A stretch of DNA of 63,418 bases, counting the filler, from Reticulomyxa filosa (taxonomy: Eukaryota; Protista; Foraminifera): the NCBI GenBank assembly GCA_000512085.1. It is 22 parts of 22 records of this genome, joined end to end, with 100 filler letters (N's around TTAATTAATTAA, not from the genome) between each part and the next. Parts side by side here need not be neighbours in the genome. Positions count along the whole stretch, not along the records: positions 13,560 to 16,289 come from ASPP01010307.1; positions 16,390 to 18,272 come from ASPP01040975.1; positions 18,373 to 20,042 come from ASPP01007552.1; positions 20,143 to 21,855 come from ASPP01020655.1; positions 21,956 to 24,168 come from ASPP01024513.1; positions 24,269 to 25,720 come from ASPP01036628.1; positions 25,821 to 28,838 come from ASPP01018029.1; 15 more parts are not named here. One strand, given 5' to 3'. Below, one piece after another: positions 13,652-25,999 of this stretch (positions within the stretch are counted from its first letter, which is position 1; each line of letters begins with the position of its first letter). The translations under genes were made by a program, and so were the position numbers. Below the pieces are notes generated by a model. That model was not told the origin of the DNA. It was given only the letters and a program-made list of their open reading frames with translations, and searched no databases.

Positions 13652-14831
13652 ACATTGGAAGAAAAATATGCGTGGAATGCACGAGGAGACGACAACGAGG
13701 ATGAAATGGAAGAGTGGGATCGCCACTTGACGCTGAACCCTCATTGGAACGAAATGGTGAACGAGCGTGCCGACCGCCTGCCCAGTCACGGGACGATGCA
13801 GATGGAGTTTGGGATTGACCAGCCTTGGGACAAAGGGGATGCCACCGGCCTAGTGCACTACACCGACGATATGTACTGGGACAATAAGCAAGACGTCGAT
13901 GAAAGATTGAAAGACGATTGGGGAGTCGACGCAGCCTGTGACGTGTCGCGTTCGTGCGACATCAATCATCACGATGATGATGATGATGATGATGATGATG
14001 GCGACGATAACGACGACCATGAACATCATAGTGATAACGAATATGCAATGCCTCCAAAAAAAAAAAAGAAGAACAATAACAGCGACAACAATGACATCAT
14101 TGGAAATGGATTCTTTTGACAAATATACAAAACAAGGATTTGCTGGAAATTACCTGCGCAAATATGGCTGGAAAGACAATGATGATAATAAAGATGGTGC
14201 CACTTGCTTGCAAAAGCAAGTGAAGAAAGTGATGGAAAGAAAAAAGACGGAGCGACATGGAGTTGGCTATCATACTCACTCCGAAGAAGTCACAAAGGAA
14301 AAAGAAGTGGACGATGCAACACGAAAGAAGAATAAGAAAAAGAAGAAATGGAATGACGTACCCACATATCGTAAAGTGTTATTGGAAAAAAGGAAGGAAT
14401 CCAATGCTCGTAATGATTGTGATAACGACGATAGCGACGGTGGCTCCGTCGCTATCGTCGTCGATCCGGAGTTGGATCGTCTTCATGAAACTCTGCCTTT
14501 CATGGATCCAAGTGAGTTCCAAATTTGTCCTCTGCCATCTAACTCCACTTCGGAACAATGGACCACCTCCGACGATTCGGCTCCACATCAGTTGCAATGC
14601 AAACTTCACACCGACAATTGCTACTTGAATTCAGATCACGTCAATCGCAAATGGGAAGACAATGGATCCATCAAATTTGACACTACTGGACTCCCCGTTT
14701 ATAGTCACTCCAAACCTTTGTCCACACAGCATTTCATTTCTACAAAACAGGACTATGACAAAATTGTTTCTGATAACTCTAAATCGCCTGTTAATTGGAT
14801 CGCAAGTTTCAGACTTTCCAAACATCTTTAA
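13652..14831 (+). CDS. GPATCH3: G-patch domain protein 3-like; partial, with a frameshift at the A-run near 14056-14067
   Basis: EEWDRH, PWDKGDATGLVHYTD..YW and DDWGVD in one frame; G-patch FDKYTKQGFAGNYLRKYGW...GVGY in the next frame. Confidence 0.75.
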
Positions 14832-16243
14832 TCTTTTTTTTTTTTTTTTTGCATTGTTCCATTTGTCCACCAAACTGCATCATTCGTATCATATGGAATA
14901 TTTCTTATCATCTAACACACTGCCAGTAATGCGATAGCCACACTTAGCGGTCAAACTGCTTTTTGTTTCACTTAATGTTCGCAAAAATACTTTCCCTTAT
15001 TCAGGAAAAAATGCTAATTGGGCTTTTACTACCTCTATTTTAATGGCAAGTTACAATTTCCACATTCATTAAAATCTTTCTTTTTAAAAGATTTTCTAGG
15101 ATTAAATTCAATAATGCGGATTGGAAACAGCGGCAATCCTTACAACAACGTTATTCTTACATTTAGGCTGCATGCAGTGATCATGAACTAGTTGTATGCA
15201 ATTTTCATTAAAGTGAAGGAAAAATGAAATGTTTGCAAAAATAACTCAAAAGGATTATTTAATCAATCTGTCGACAAATTTCCTTTCACAAAGGGGTATC
15301 TCCATATAAATCTTTTTTTTTTTCCTTTTTTTTTTTAAAATGTGTCTGCCTGGTAGAAAAGTTATTGCTGTTAAGGTGACAATAGACCACCTAAAGCGCC
15401 TTTATGCCAGAGGAATGCTCCCACTTTAGGGCATTATTAACTTGTGTTTTTTTCGTCCTAAGTCGAGCTTCGCGCACAGCCGAACACCGCAACTATTGGA
15501 TACACCAGTGCTAAGCCATCTGATAAGTATTACAAGCCCTTATGCAAAGACAACAACAATAATCTTATGCACATGATGTGAGAAAAACTGTGATAGTTGT
15601 TTTCTGAGGATTTGTTTATTGCTTTAAGTTACATTTTGCTTTGGATATTGGAAATGCATAACTTGCTTTTGTAATTTTAGTAAGTGTAGTGTGCTTTTGG
15701 AGTCGTTGTGAAGTAGATCTTATGAGAAAACTCAAAAGATTAAAAAAAATGGGCCATGGTTCAGCCAAATGAAGTGTGGCTTGTGTCTATCGTTTTGAAA
15801 AATTTATTATTTATCTTTCATTAAAAATATCCAATTCAAAAAAAATGAACAACTGTTTGCTACATCCCTCATTCTCCTTCATTTCAAAGTGAGCTATTAT
15901 TTTGAGTTGGTCGAAACAAGCAATTGGAAGGATAGAAACACAGCACTATGTAATTATTATTATTCAACAAACATCACAAAAGAAGAGGGGGAAGTAAAAA
16001 CTTTTTTTTTTTTTTCATTAGCGTCATAATTACATCACTTGCTTACGCACAACCAAATTTCAAACACGCCAACGCACGCGAAAAAATTTGAAACGAGAAA
16101 AATGGAATTTAGAAAGAAGTGTTATTTGTTGGGCGATAAGAAAAGAAGTCAAACGTAAAAAAAAACGACGCCAATGCCAGCCCAACCAAGCAAAGACAGA
16201 ATGAAAAAAAAACAAAAGAAGAAGAACAAAATAACAACAACGA

Positions 16244-16289
<46 letters not shown>

Positions 16290-16605
16290 NNNNNNNNNNN
16301 NNNNNNNNNNNNNNNNNNNNNNNNNNNNNNNNNTTAATTAATTAANNNNNNNNNNNNNNNNNNNNNNNNNNNNNNNNNNNNNNNNNNNNATCTAGATTTT
16401 TTTTTTTGAACATAAGGACGTTCACTCCCCCCCTTTAATTTTTTTTTTTTTGCAAAGAAACAACAGGTGAATTTATTTAAAAAAAGAATATATATTTCAA
16501 GAAGAGCTGGAAATAATAAGTACTTTGGACACAGAATTTGCAAAACTTCCTCGTGTTGAGGTGTGGCCAAAACAACAACAAGAAAGTAAAAACTAGTGAT
16601 ACTAC

Positions 16606-16950
16606 TCAAGCGCAACACATGGACATTGTTTTTTTTGATAGATTGTATAATTCTTGAGTTCTCTGTCTGTTGTTACACAAGCGAAGACAAAGCATCGACT
16701 CGGCTTTGGAGTGCTGTATCATCACATCTTCCGCTCTAAACATCAAATCTGTCGTAGTGTCTACGCTTTTCAACCATTGATAAATATGAGTTGGAAAGAC
16801 ATATCGATTGAGATATGGCTTCAAATCGAAAGTGGAGCCATCTGAATTGGGTTTGGTGTCACTATTTTTTTTTTAGACTCTGAGTTTTCATTTGCAACAT
16901 TTTGATAATCACAACACTGAACTGGAAGGTGGGAGATTGGAAGATTGGCT
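16606..16950 (-). CDS. Hypothetical protein fragment
   Basis: Coding-like stretch (DGSTFDLKPYLNRYVFPTHIYQWLK...) with no recognisable family. Confidence 0.3.
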
Positions 16951-17249
16951 AAAAAAACAGTAGTTGATCTTTCTAATAAGATGTATTATTATTTTGTAAT
17001 TGGAGTTAGATTTATCTTTCATTTTTTCACTCCAATAGTGAACAAAATGGATCAAATCTTATTTTTTGTGATATGTTGAATCGATAACGTACTTTCGAAG
17101 TTTAAATTACAAAAACAAAAACTTATTTTCTTAGAAAGAAGAAATTTATAAGGAATTTGGTTAGTTTTAATTGAATAATTTTGAAAATTTTTTTGCAGTA
17201 AAGATTGAATAAGCAGCAGACAACAGCAACAAAAAAAAAGTGAATATGT

Positions 17250-18272
17250 TTAAAATCGAGAAAATTTAAAATGCTGACTATCAACAGTATTGAACAGATA
17301 GCCAAAGTCCACTAATTGCTGCAAATGCATATGTAGTTCATTTGCATTTTCGGAATTGAAGCGGTTGCTCATAAGTTGGAGTATTGAATAAAAGTCGATG
17401 CCTTGGCTGGTCGCAATCAATTTGCTATTTTTAATTTTGGCCAAAATTTCTTTTTGGACACTGTCAATGCCTTGAGTGGCTTCCAAATCTTGTGAAAAAA
17501 GACTGCGTGTCGGTTGTGCCTGCTGTGACATTATTTCCGTCACATCACCATATTTGTTTGTTTCTTTTTCGACTGGCTCCGGTCTGCTAGTGTGAGTGAC
17601 TCTATTGCTTGATGTCACAATCACTTCATCTACTCTATTTTTCGTCTCGTCCCTGTTACATCCCCCAAAACCATTATTGCAAATAACAAAAATCAAGTTT
17701 ACAACCAATCAAATTTTTTTTCTCACCTAACAAAAAAAAACATAAAAAAGGAACATGATAGCGAAAGTATCGGAATGAACATCCAATTGAAGAGAGATGC
17801 GTTGATGTTCAGATTGGTTGGCTCGACGTTTCATTTCCAACTTGTTTATCTCGCTGGCATAAATCACTTCAAACATGTGCAGCAACCATTGATTTCGCTC
17901 CTCCAACTTTCGTATTACAAATCCATTCACATATTTCCCATCTTTACTATTGATCAATTGACCTATTTATAATATGTTTATGTTTATGTTTATATTAATT
18001 CAAAGATAGATCATATTAATATATCAAAGACTTCAACGTAATCTCATTTGGAAATAGTATCTTTGTCTTTGTTGTAGTAAATTAAACTACTTATGTCTTG
18101 TGTATCGTGTTCAGTTTGAGTTGAAGGATACCATATACAACGCGTATATGTCGTGTGAAGTTATCTCTTCCACGCTTCCGCATAACTTTATGTATGTTAA
18201 TACCTTTCAATCAATTACCATTTCGCCGTTTTCATTGGCTCTGGAGTTCGCCAATTGCTTCACAAACACAGG
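17250..18272 (-). pseudogene. RPA2: Replication protein A 32-kDa subunit (RPA2), disrupted copy
   Basis: OB-fold segments PVFVKQL, YVEVFG and GFVIRKLEERNQWLLHMFEVIY, and C-terminal winged helix GYLFNTVDSQHFK. In-frame TGA at 18207-18209 and 18044-18046, a frameshift between them, and an AT donor at 18024. Confidence 0.75.
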
Positions 18273-18372
18273 NNNNNNNNNNNNNNNNNNNNNNNNNNNN
18301 NNNNNNNNNNNNNNNNTTAATTAATTAANNNNNNNNNNNNNNNNNNNNNNNNNNNNNNNNNNNNNNNNNNNN

Positions 18373-18661
18373 TGGGATGTGGGTCATCACTGACGCGATT
18401 AGTAGACTAAGTTTTGTCTTATTTTTTTTTTTTTTTTTTTGTACGTATTATTTTTGGATGGTGCTTATTTCTTTGTGTATTGTTGTGTTGCTTTCGAATA
18501 GTGCTATTGTGGGAATATTCTCATTGGTTAACTCAATCTTATGGCTACTGTTGGACATAGCTTGTTGGTATTATTTGATTCAATCGTGGAGGTTGTATCG
18601 CAGTAGATCAAATGCAGAAAGAGTTCAGACTAAACTTATTGAAGACACTGTCACTGCTTGA
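18373..18661 (+). CDS. Membrane protein, 3' fragment
   Basis: Two hydrophobic helices followed by a charged tail and a stop; starts at the contig edge. Confidence 0.4.
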
Positions 18662-19479
18662 GTTGCTTCCTTTGTACTTATCTTTTTTTAAATATCTTTG
18701 TTTGTGAAGAGAGGGGGAGAGGAAGGGGACAAGTCGGAACTTGTTCAATTTTACTATGACTCATACTACCGATCTGTCCTTCCTCAATTGATGTTCCAAA
18801 CAAAAAATTTTTTTGAGGAACAATGTTAACCTAATTTGACTCCTTAATTTTTAAAATTATAACGGTTTGCACTTTCTGTTCTGTATACAACTTAAAAAAC
18901 CATTTTCTTAACCGAAGTTGCGACAGAAAGGGTACATAATAGTGATCAATCGTTTCTTTCACTCCATAATATTACTTCAAACTAACCAAATCAACATTCT
19001 TTAATGAAACAATCAACACATCACCGATGTTGCAAAATAATAAATTTTTTAATAATATAATAAACAGTATAAACGTAATATTCGTGATTTCTTGTTCGTA
19101 TAAAGTAATTTGGTCAATAGAATAAGTTTTTGAATTTACAATTTCATTTAATTTTTCGTTAAAGAAAAGCAGCAAAATAATTCAAAAACTATATAATAAA
19201 GGGGCATCAACTCTTTTTTTTCATTTTTTTACAATGACGTGATATTCTTTGGTAAATTGGTGGTTGTTACTCTTTCCAAAGCACCAAACAAAAAACATGG
19301 CTGTTAATTTGTCTTTTCATATTGGAAAGAGAATGCATTGGCTATGTCAACATATACTAATTTCAAAACTTAAAATATAAAAAAAAGTTGAAGAGACAAA
19401 CTAATTCAGAACGATAGAACAATTTTTTTTATTTGTGAAAAAGCGTGCTACCAAGATGAACAACGAATGTAAGCTTTAA

Positions 19480-20025
19480 CTCAAGAACGCATGTATTGGT
19501 CAGGATTATTATAAGATGTTAAACGGTTTTGTAATCATTATTTTACACGCCAGGTCTCAAAGAGATAAAAATGTTGGAGAAATTCAACACTTACTAACTA
19601 CAAAACCTTTCCAAATGGTCGATCTAGACATTGTTGGTCAATTGCCAAAGACTGAATCAGGACACCAATATATTCACAATTATGGATCGTTTCACTCGAT
19701 ATGAAGCTGATTTGCATCTCAAGACGAATAGGACTAAAGAAATTAATTTAGCCTTTGCAAACGAACGGATCTATATACAGTGTTCCGAAAACAATTCATC
19801 AGATAATAGCACAAAATTTACAGGTAAAATTGCAAGATTTATGTCATAAATAATGAAGATAAAACAATTGTTTAAATAACCTTATCATCCACAAACAAAA
19901 ATAATGCTTGAACGCTTTCATCGATATTTGAAGAAAAGATTGGTGACAATTGCAGTTAATTGGAATTTGGATTTCTCAGGTGGTGATAAATTGACTTTAT
20001 TCTTACAAGCAATAGTTGTATCTTA
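19480..20025 (+). mobile_element. Decayed LTR-retrotransposon (Ty3/gypsy-like) integrase
   Basis: MYWSGLL*DVKRF, KPFQMVDLDIVGQLP..SGHQYI, IMDRFTRY, SDNSTKF and PYHPQT..LERFHRYLK are rve integrase motifs, with multiple stops and frameshifts. Confidence 0.85.
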
Positions 20026-20142
20026 AAACACCAAAAAAAAAANNNNNNNNNNNNNNNNNNNNNNNNNNNNNNNNNNNNNNNNNNNNTTAATTAATTAANN
20101 NNNNNNNNNNNNNNNNNNNNNNNNNNNNNNNNNNNNNNNNNN

Positions 20143-20186
20143 TATTTAATTTATTTAATTTATTTAATTTATTTAATTTATTTAAT
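20143..20186. repeat. 9-bp tandem repeat (TATTTAATT)n at a contig end, intronic
   Basis: About five copies, seen directly. Confidence 0.8.
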
Positions 20187-20202
20187 ATGTAAAAAAAAGT
20201 AA

Positions 20203-20875
20203 CTTGCAAAATCCAGTCACGATATTGTGTACAATCGCCAGCAATATTAGCCAATCCCAAAATGGCAGCGTTGATGGTGACAATGTCATTGGAATGAGTG
20301 AGGGCATGGAGGAAAGCTTGGATGGCTCCAAGTTTGCACACTTGTGCGATCCATACACTCGGACCACTGGCAATGTTGGCCACGCTCCAAGTACACTCTT
20401 GTCGCAGCATTGTCCTTGACGAGTCTTTCATCAAGAAAATTAGTCTCGGCACAATGCCCGAGTTCAAAATGCTTTCAAACGGTGGCTCTTTGTCCACACT
20501 CGACAACAACTGTCGAATCCCATGGGCTCCTATCAAATGCTCATTTTCATCTTTTGATAACAATTGCTGCTGACACTTTCGAATTATCATTTGTGTGGCT
20601 TTGGCTTTATTCTCGTCATCTCCTATTCGTGGTGATCTTTCCTCCTTTTTCTCTCTCTCCTCGTCCTTTTCTTCTCCTCGTCCTTGCCCTTTGTTCCCAT
20701 CCCATTCATTCTCGTCATTACTTACTGGCTCTACTGCTCGACGACGTTTACGGATATACTCCGCTCGCACTTGCTTACGCAAATCCGAGCGTTCATCCTG
20801 ACGCTTTCGACGGAACTCATCACAATCGAGTCCTTTCTGAAAATCCCGACGACAGTCGTTCGTTGTTGAGAACAT
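20203..20875 (-). CDS. Importin alpha, first exon (IBB plus first ARM repeats); 3'-truncated
   Basis: IBB RRKRQDERSDLRKQVRAEYIRKRR; IRQLLS..KEPP; QECTWSVANIASG; LANIAGDC..YRD. Confidence 0.92.
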
Positions 20876-21346
20876 CTTTACTTCTCTCTCGATTGTTTAT
20901 ATTAGCAAGCAAAATATCTTTAAATGTAAGGCCCTTAATTTTTTTTTTTAAAATAGTGAACTTTACTTTGTTTTTTGTAGGTTTCAGCCTTTTTTTTTTT
21001 ATTCTGCTTTTGGCAAGGGGAAAAAAAGAGGGGATCATTTTATTTTTTGAAATATATTGCCTTATACAGCAAATCTTTTTTTTCTTTAAAATAACTACGG
21101 GTGCCCATTAGATTGAGCTAAACTTTATGTTACATGGCTCACCTCAAAAATGAAGAAAAGTCACACGAATGGATGGTGACATCATATAACAATAACAATA
21201 CAATAACAAAAAAGTATATTAATGAGACAAAAAAAAAAAATTCAAAAAAATGTGAAAAAAATGTAGTTTTTTTTTTTTTTTTAAAAAATGATTGTGACTA
21301 TATTGCAAAATTAGAGTTCCGATCAAAAACAAAAACAAAGAAAAGT

Positions 21347-21855
21347 TTATTTTAATTTGCCTTCCAAATAATTGACTCTGTATTTGACATAAGCAAAATT
21401 TTTATCAATTTGCAGTTTGTTTTGGTTGAGATTGTCCAAGGTAAGTTTTAAAGTGGCATTGTCTTGACGAAGAGAATGCAAGATCTGAGACTGTTGTTTG
21501 TGGAGTAAATCGGTACGATTGCACAACAAGGCGGCGCGATGATGACAGTGTTGCAAAGTGACAAAGCGTCCGATAATGCGAACCAAGTCGAACACGACGT
21601 GGTCCCATTTGTGCATGATGGTCCACAAGTAGTCAATCTTCTCAAACTGTTTGTATCGTTCGATCATCTCTTGGCGTTCGTTGGCAGTCATTCGACGATT
21701 GCGAGTCGTTTTTTCGGGTTGTTTCGAGGTTATCGTTTTCTGGATTGTCAATGTCAAACTGGCAAACGAATATGATACCGCTTTCACATCACTCGCCATC
21801 TTTTGACATGCCACTTTGATGTCCCCACTTTGTTCGTCAAAAGTTTCGTATTTCG
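21347..21855 (-). CDS. Hypothetical protein, 3' fragment with C-terminal coiled coil
   Basis: Open frame of more than 155 aa from the contig edge, with coding-like composition. Confidence 0.5.
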
Positions 21856-22891
21856 NNNNNNNNNNNNNNNNNNNNNNNNNNNNNNNNNNNNNNNNNNNNT
21901 TAATTAATTAANNNNNNNNNNNNNNNNNNNNNNNNNNNNNNNNNNNNNNNNNNNNAACAAAGCAGAATAAGATATCTATATGAATTTCATTCAAAATATG
22001 TAATTGATTTAATGAAGATTTTTATGTTTGTTAAAGATCTCTAAAGTGAAAAAAAGAAACATAAACAAAAATCAACTCATCAAAATCAAATAAAAGTAAA
22101 AGCAAAAAAGCAAGCTTTGTTAATAACTAACATCATTCTCTTGTTTTTTTTTGAAGAATAAGGAATGAAAATAATGTTTTACAAAATTCTCTCTATGTAA
22201 AATTAATATAACATATACATTTACATTTTGTAATAATTTTGTTAGATTTATCAATTGATACAATTATTTAAAAAAGGCAATGACGATAATCAATTTTATG
22301 TTTTGTGTAAAAGTAACTATTGTGTTGGTTAAACTTTTAAAAGAAGCAAATTTTTAATATATGTAAAAACTGGATTATTTAAACTATTTTAATCTTACAT
22401 TCATTAAACTTCTTTTTGAAATTTTTTACAAAAATATTTATTATATCTCCTAACTCATTTTTGACATCAAATTTATATATTTATTGTTATTTTTTTTCAT
22501 AATCCAAATTTTTTTTGTAATCTGATTTTGATTGATGAGAAAAACTGTTAGAAGCAAATATTCAAAAATTATCAATTCGAAATATAATTTTTCAGAGTTC
22601 ATACGATTATTATTTCATCCAGTTTTTATTCACAAAAGCTTACATAATAACTGTGCAGTCAGTGTTTTTTTTTACTTCTATCAAGTTTTATCCAACAACT
22701 AATAAACTTGGATAACAAGCATTAAAATCTTTTGACAGACGTTTTCTACAAATAAAATACACATTTTACTTTCTTTAGACGTTTTCATCGTGTCTTTTAC
22801 GTGCTATCACAATTTTACAAAAGACTAAGACTCTTTTTTTTAAAAAAGGATATCTTAACATGCCAATGGAGGCAAAAGATCCCCCAAAAGA

Positions 22892-23515
22892 ATAGTCTTT
22901 GCAATGTTGCGTCCAAGAAGTGGTGATTTTTGTTATTCCCCAGAAGAAATGAATATGATACAATATGACCTGCAAGATATAATGTCTTTTTTGCTAAAAC
23001 ATGAAAAAAGTGTTGGGAGTTCTCACGGAAAATGGAGAGGTAGACGTAAAATAAATGATAAAACTAGTGGAGATATGTAGAAACAAAAATTTGAAGCTTA
23101 CTTTTCATCAAGCCATTGATGTGACACACGATATTATGAAAGCCACGCAACAATGTATCGACATTGTGGCCAAACATATCCTAACCTCTGGCTGGTATAA
23201 CAATGCTGTTGACTTTAAAAGTTTATAACATATTCAAGCAATGATTGATTTGTGTAAAAAACACAAAGCGGCCGTGTTGTCTGTGTTGCTGATGGCCTCA
23301 CACCAAATAATGTCGCTGCCATTTTTCAATTTATCAAAGACAAATTTGATGTCAAACAAATTCATGGTTCGTTTCGAACAATCTACAAATCCAAAATGTC
23401 ATACACTCAACAAAATGTCACTATGGGGGTCAGTGACGACTATTTGTACAAACATTTGGATGTTTTGCTATATTCCAATTTACTTGCATGTCTTTTAAAC
23501 CTTCTGGATAATTAA
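22892..23515 (+). pseudogene. CUTC: Copper homeostasis protein CutC pseudogene
   Basis: Manual translation gives VFAMLRPRSGDFCYSPEE, LGVLTENGEVD, LTFHQAID, HILTSG, GLTPNNV and QIHGS. Stops at 23052-23054 and 23226-23228, plus two frameshifts. Confidence 0.85.
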
Positions 23516-24989
23516 TTTGAAAACTTCATCTTATTTTCCTTTTCTAGAGATGAAAACAAATTTGGGAATCATTTTTTCCATGTAGTACAATTAAAAAAAA
23601 AAATAAGAGTATAGATTACACTTGAACTAAAGGAAACATACTAAGGACTTCAAAAAGAGAAAGAAATGCAATTTGACAACAAACAAAAAAAACACATCAA
23701 AAACGGGATTTTTTAATTAATAGTAACAGACAAATCTTTTCCACAGTAGTTGTCTTTACAATTTTTTTTTGCTCGGTTTTTTGTCGTTCTCTTTTTCATT
23801 TCCTTCCCAACAGAAATAAAATGAAGCAATGATGTCTCATACACGATTATTTGTTCAAATTTATCATTTTTTTTAAATATAAACTAAGACAAATTGTTTT
23901 AGACATTCTCTTTCCAAATTGTAAATTTTCAAGAAATTAGAAATTGAAAACGTAGTTTAAGTATCAGCAAAATGCTTATATTCTTTCGAAAATAATTTTT
24001 TCTAAAAAGTGTAAGTCATGTGATGAGATCCGGAGGTATAATTAAATTTTAGAATTGATATTTTTGAATGAAAATACACCCAATTATAGCCCAAGTCAAG
24101 GGCATCTAATTTACATATTTTTTATTTTTTTCATATTTATCGTAATGGACTGGCTACAGAAAATGATTNNNNNNNNNNNNNNNNNNNNNNNNNNNNNNNN
24201 NNNNNNNNNNNNTTAATTAATTAANNNNNNNNNNNNNNNNNNNNNNNNNNNNNNNNNNNNNNNNNNNNTCATTCATAAAATTGAGGAATACCAACGTAGA
24301 TTTTGATCAGACCGGTTGATATCACAAAGCCTCCAAGTTCTATAAAAACCTTTTTTTAGGTAGAGAATGTTGTAGCATTGAAATTCCAAAAGAAACAAAA
24401 AGAAGGGGAAAAAACATCATACCTCACTCACACGGAATACAGTACCTTACAAAGTAATCAATAAATACAACATTCAATTTACTAAAGCAAAAATAAAAGT
24501 TTCATTGAGGAATTTGGCTTTCACTTGCCAATGATGAAAGGGGCTATTTTTTTTTCTATAAAAACCCAGTAGCTCACAATTTTAAGAAAGGGAGAACAGC
24601 GTGGATTTTGTTTCAAACTGGCTGCACTTTCAAAACTTTAAAATGTGCTGAATAAAAATTGTCCAATGAAATCACAAATTCAAACAAATAAATGACAGAC
24701 TATGATCAAAGATAAAATATCCGATGGTTTGTAAAAGCCCTAAAAGGCAATTAATTCATTAAAGTCTTAATGAAGACTGTATCCACGTTGGGGGTCCCAG
24801 GAGTTGGAACACAAAAACAACATTTGTTTGATAATTTCGCGCTCCTTTGGCTTCCTCGCGTTTCGCTGGCGGATGCCTTCGGCCTCCGCATTTTGAATAT
24901 TGGAAACTTTTTTTGCCATTTCGCCATGGGAGATTTATTTGGACATTTGTCCCTTCCCTAAGACGCAGGCTTTTGTACACCTCGTGAAT

Positions 24990-25470
24990 ACCCAAGGAAG
25001 CGCAAAGTATGTAAGTATTGCGGATTGGCAAATCACGAAGCGGCAAAATGCCGACACAATAATCCAAGTAAACAAACCAATTCCAATTAAATCAAATGTG
25101 CAGCGGCAGCCAAAGAATTATTTTTATACTGATGCTGCCACAGAAACCTGCTAAGACGTGAATTAGCAGAACAAAATTTGCAAAGAAAAAGGGCATCGAT
25201 TATAATTTCCAGTATCTTTATGTTCATCACTAGAGATTTGCATTCATTATCACGATCATTCAACAGCATGCCTGATACATTTATTGTATTTGATTATGAA
25301 TCGTGTTGGGTGGAAATCTCATGTCCTGATCAAAAGAAACCGTTATTATTCTGCAGTTTCTATCGAAATTTGCAGTGCAAAATATTCAATTTTCAAGCAT
25401 TCGAACAAGAATTACAATCTGCTATGAAAATGACTGAATACATTGTCATTGGAGGAGATTGGAATGCCTT
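24990..25470 (+). mobile_element. Decayed non-LTR (LINE-like) retrotransposon fragment: CCHC knuckle plus APE endonuclease piece
   Basis: CKYCGLANHEAAKC (CX2CX4HX4C, 25010-25051), followed by ESCWVEI..LLFCSFYR..YIVIGGDWNA. Confidence 0.75.
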
Positions 25471-25999
25471 TGCCAACAGATACGCTTTCGCTGCATCTGA
25501 TCTCGCCACTGAATTGGTCTCCTTGTTCACCAATGCTGGAATAATACAGATTTTATTTGTGTGAATATGAGGGGAAGTATTTTGGCATTTCTGCCGCTCC
25601 CTTTCGCGCAGGCATTTACCCCTGTTGATTTTTAGTTAGTCAGGGGGATTTAATTTTTTTTTTTTTTTTTTTTTCTTGCATTGATAATATGCAATCCATT
25701 GGATGTAATGAAATCGTCAGNNNNNNNNNNNNNNNNNNNNNNNNNNNNNNNNNNNNNNNNNNNNTTAATTAATTAANNNNNNNNNNNNNNNNNNNNNNNN
25801 NNNNNNNNNNNNNNNNNNNNTACTCTTAATCGCCATATTGACTCTTCACTTTCAAAATTAACTTTGTGATAAAATGTATTAAACAAGTTGTTGAAACAAA
25901 AATCATACAATTGTGGTGTGTTATTCAAATTCAAATACTTAAGCTTAAAATAATTATCCTTCCAAATGGATGTTCAATAATTTACAATTTAAGAAATAT

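Noticed and set aside
16246-16289. Poly-A at contig ends (also 1-18 and 61831-61868) as retrocopy tails
   Set aside because: Homopolymer and microsatellite tracts are common in introns and intergenic DNA here and simply mark assembly breaks.
18124-18131. GTATCCTT on the minus strand, resembling a U12-type 5' splice site
   Set aside because: No nearby AG or branch point restores the RPA2 frame; a simple indel explains it.
18044-18209. TGA-to-Gly genetic code reassignment
   Set aside because: TGA is used as a normal stop in other genes here (e.g. at 9855 and 36892), and the same gene copy has other lesions.
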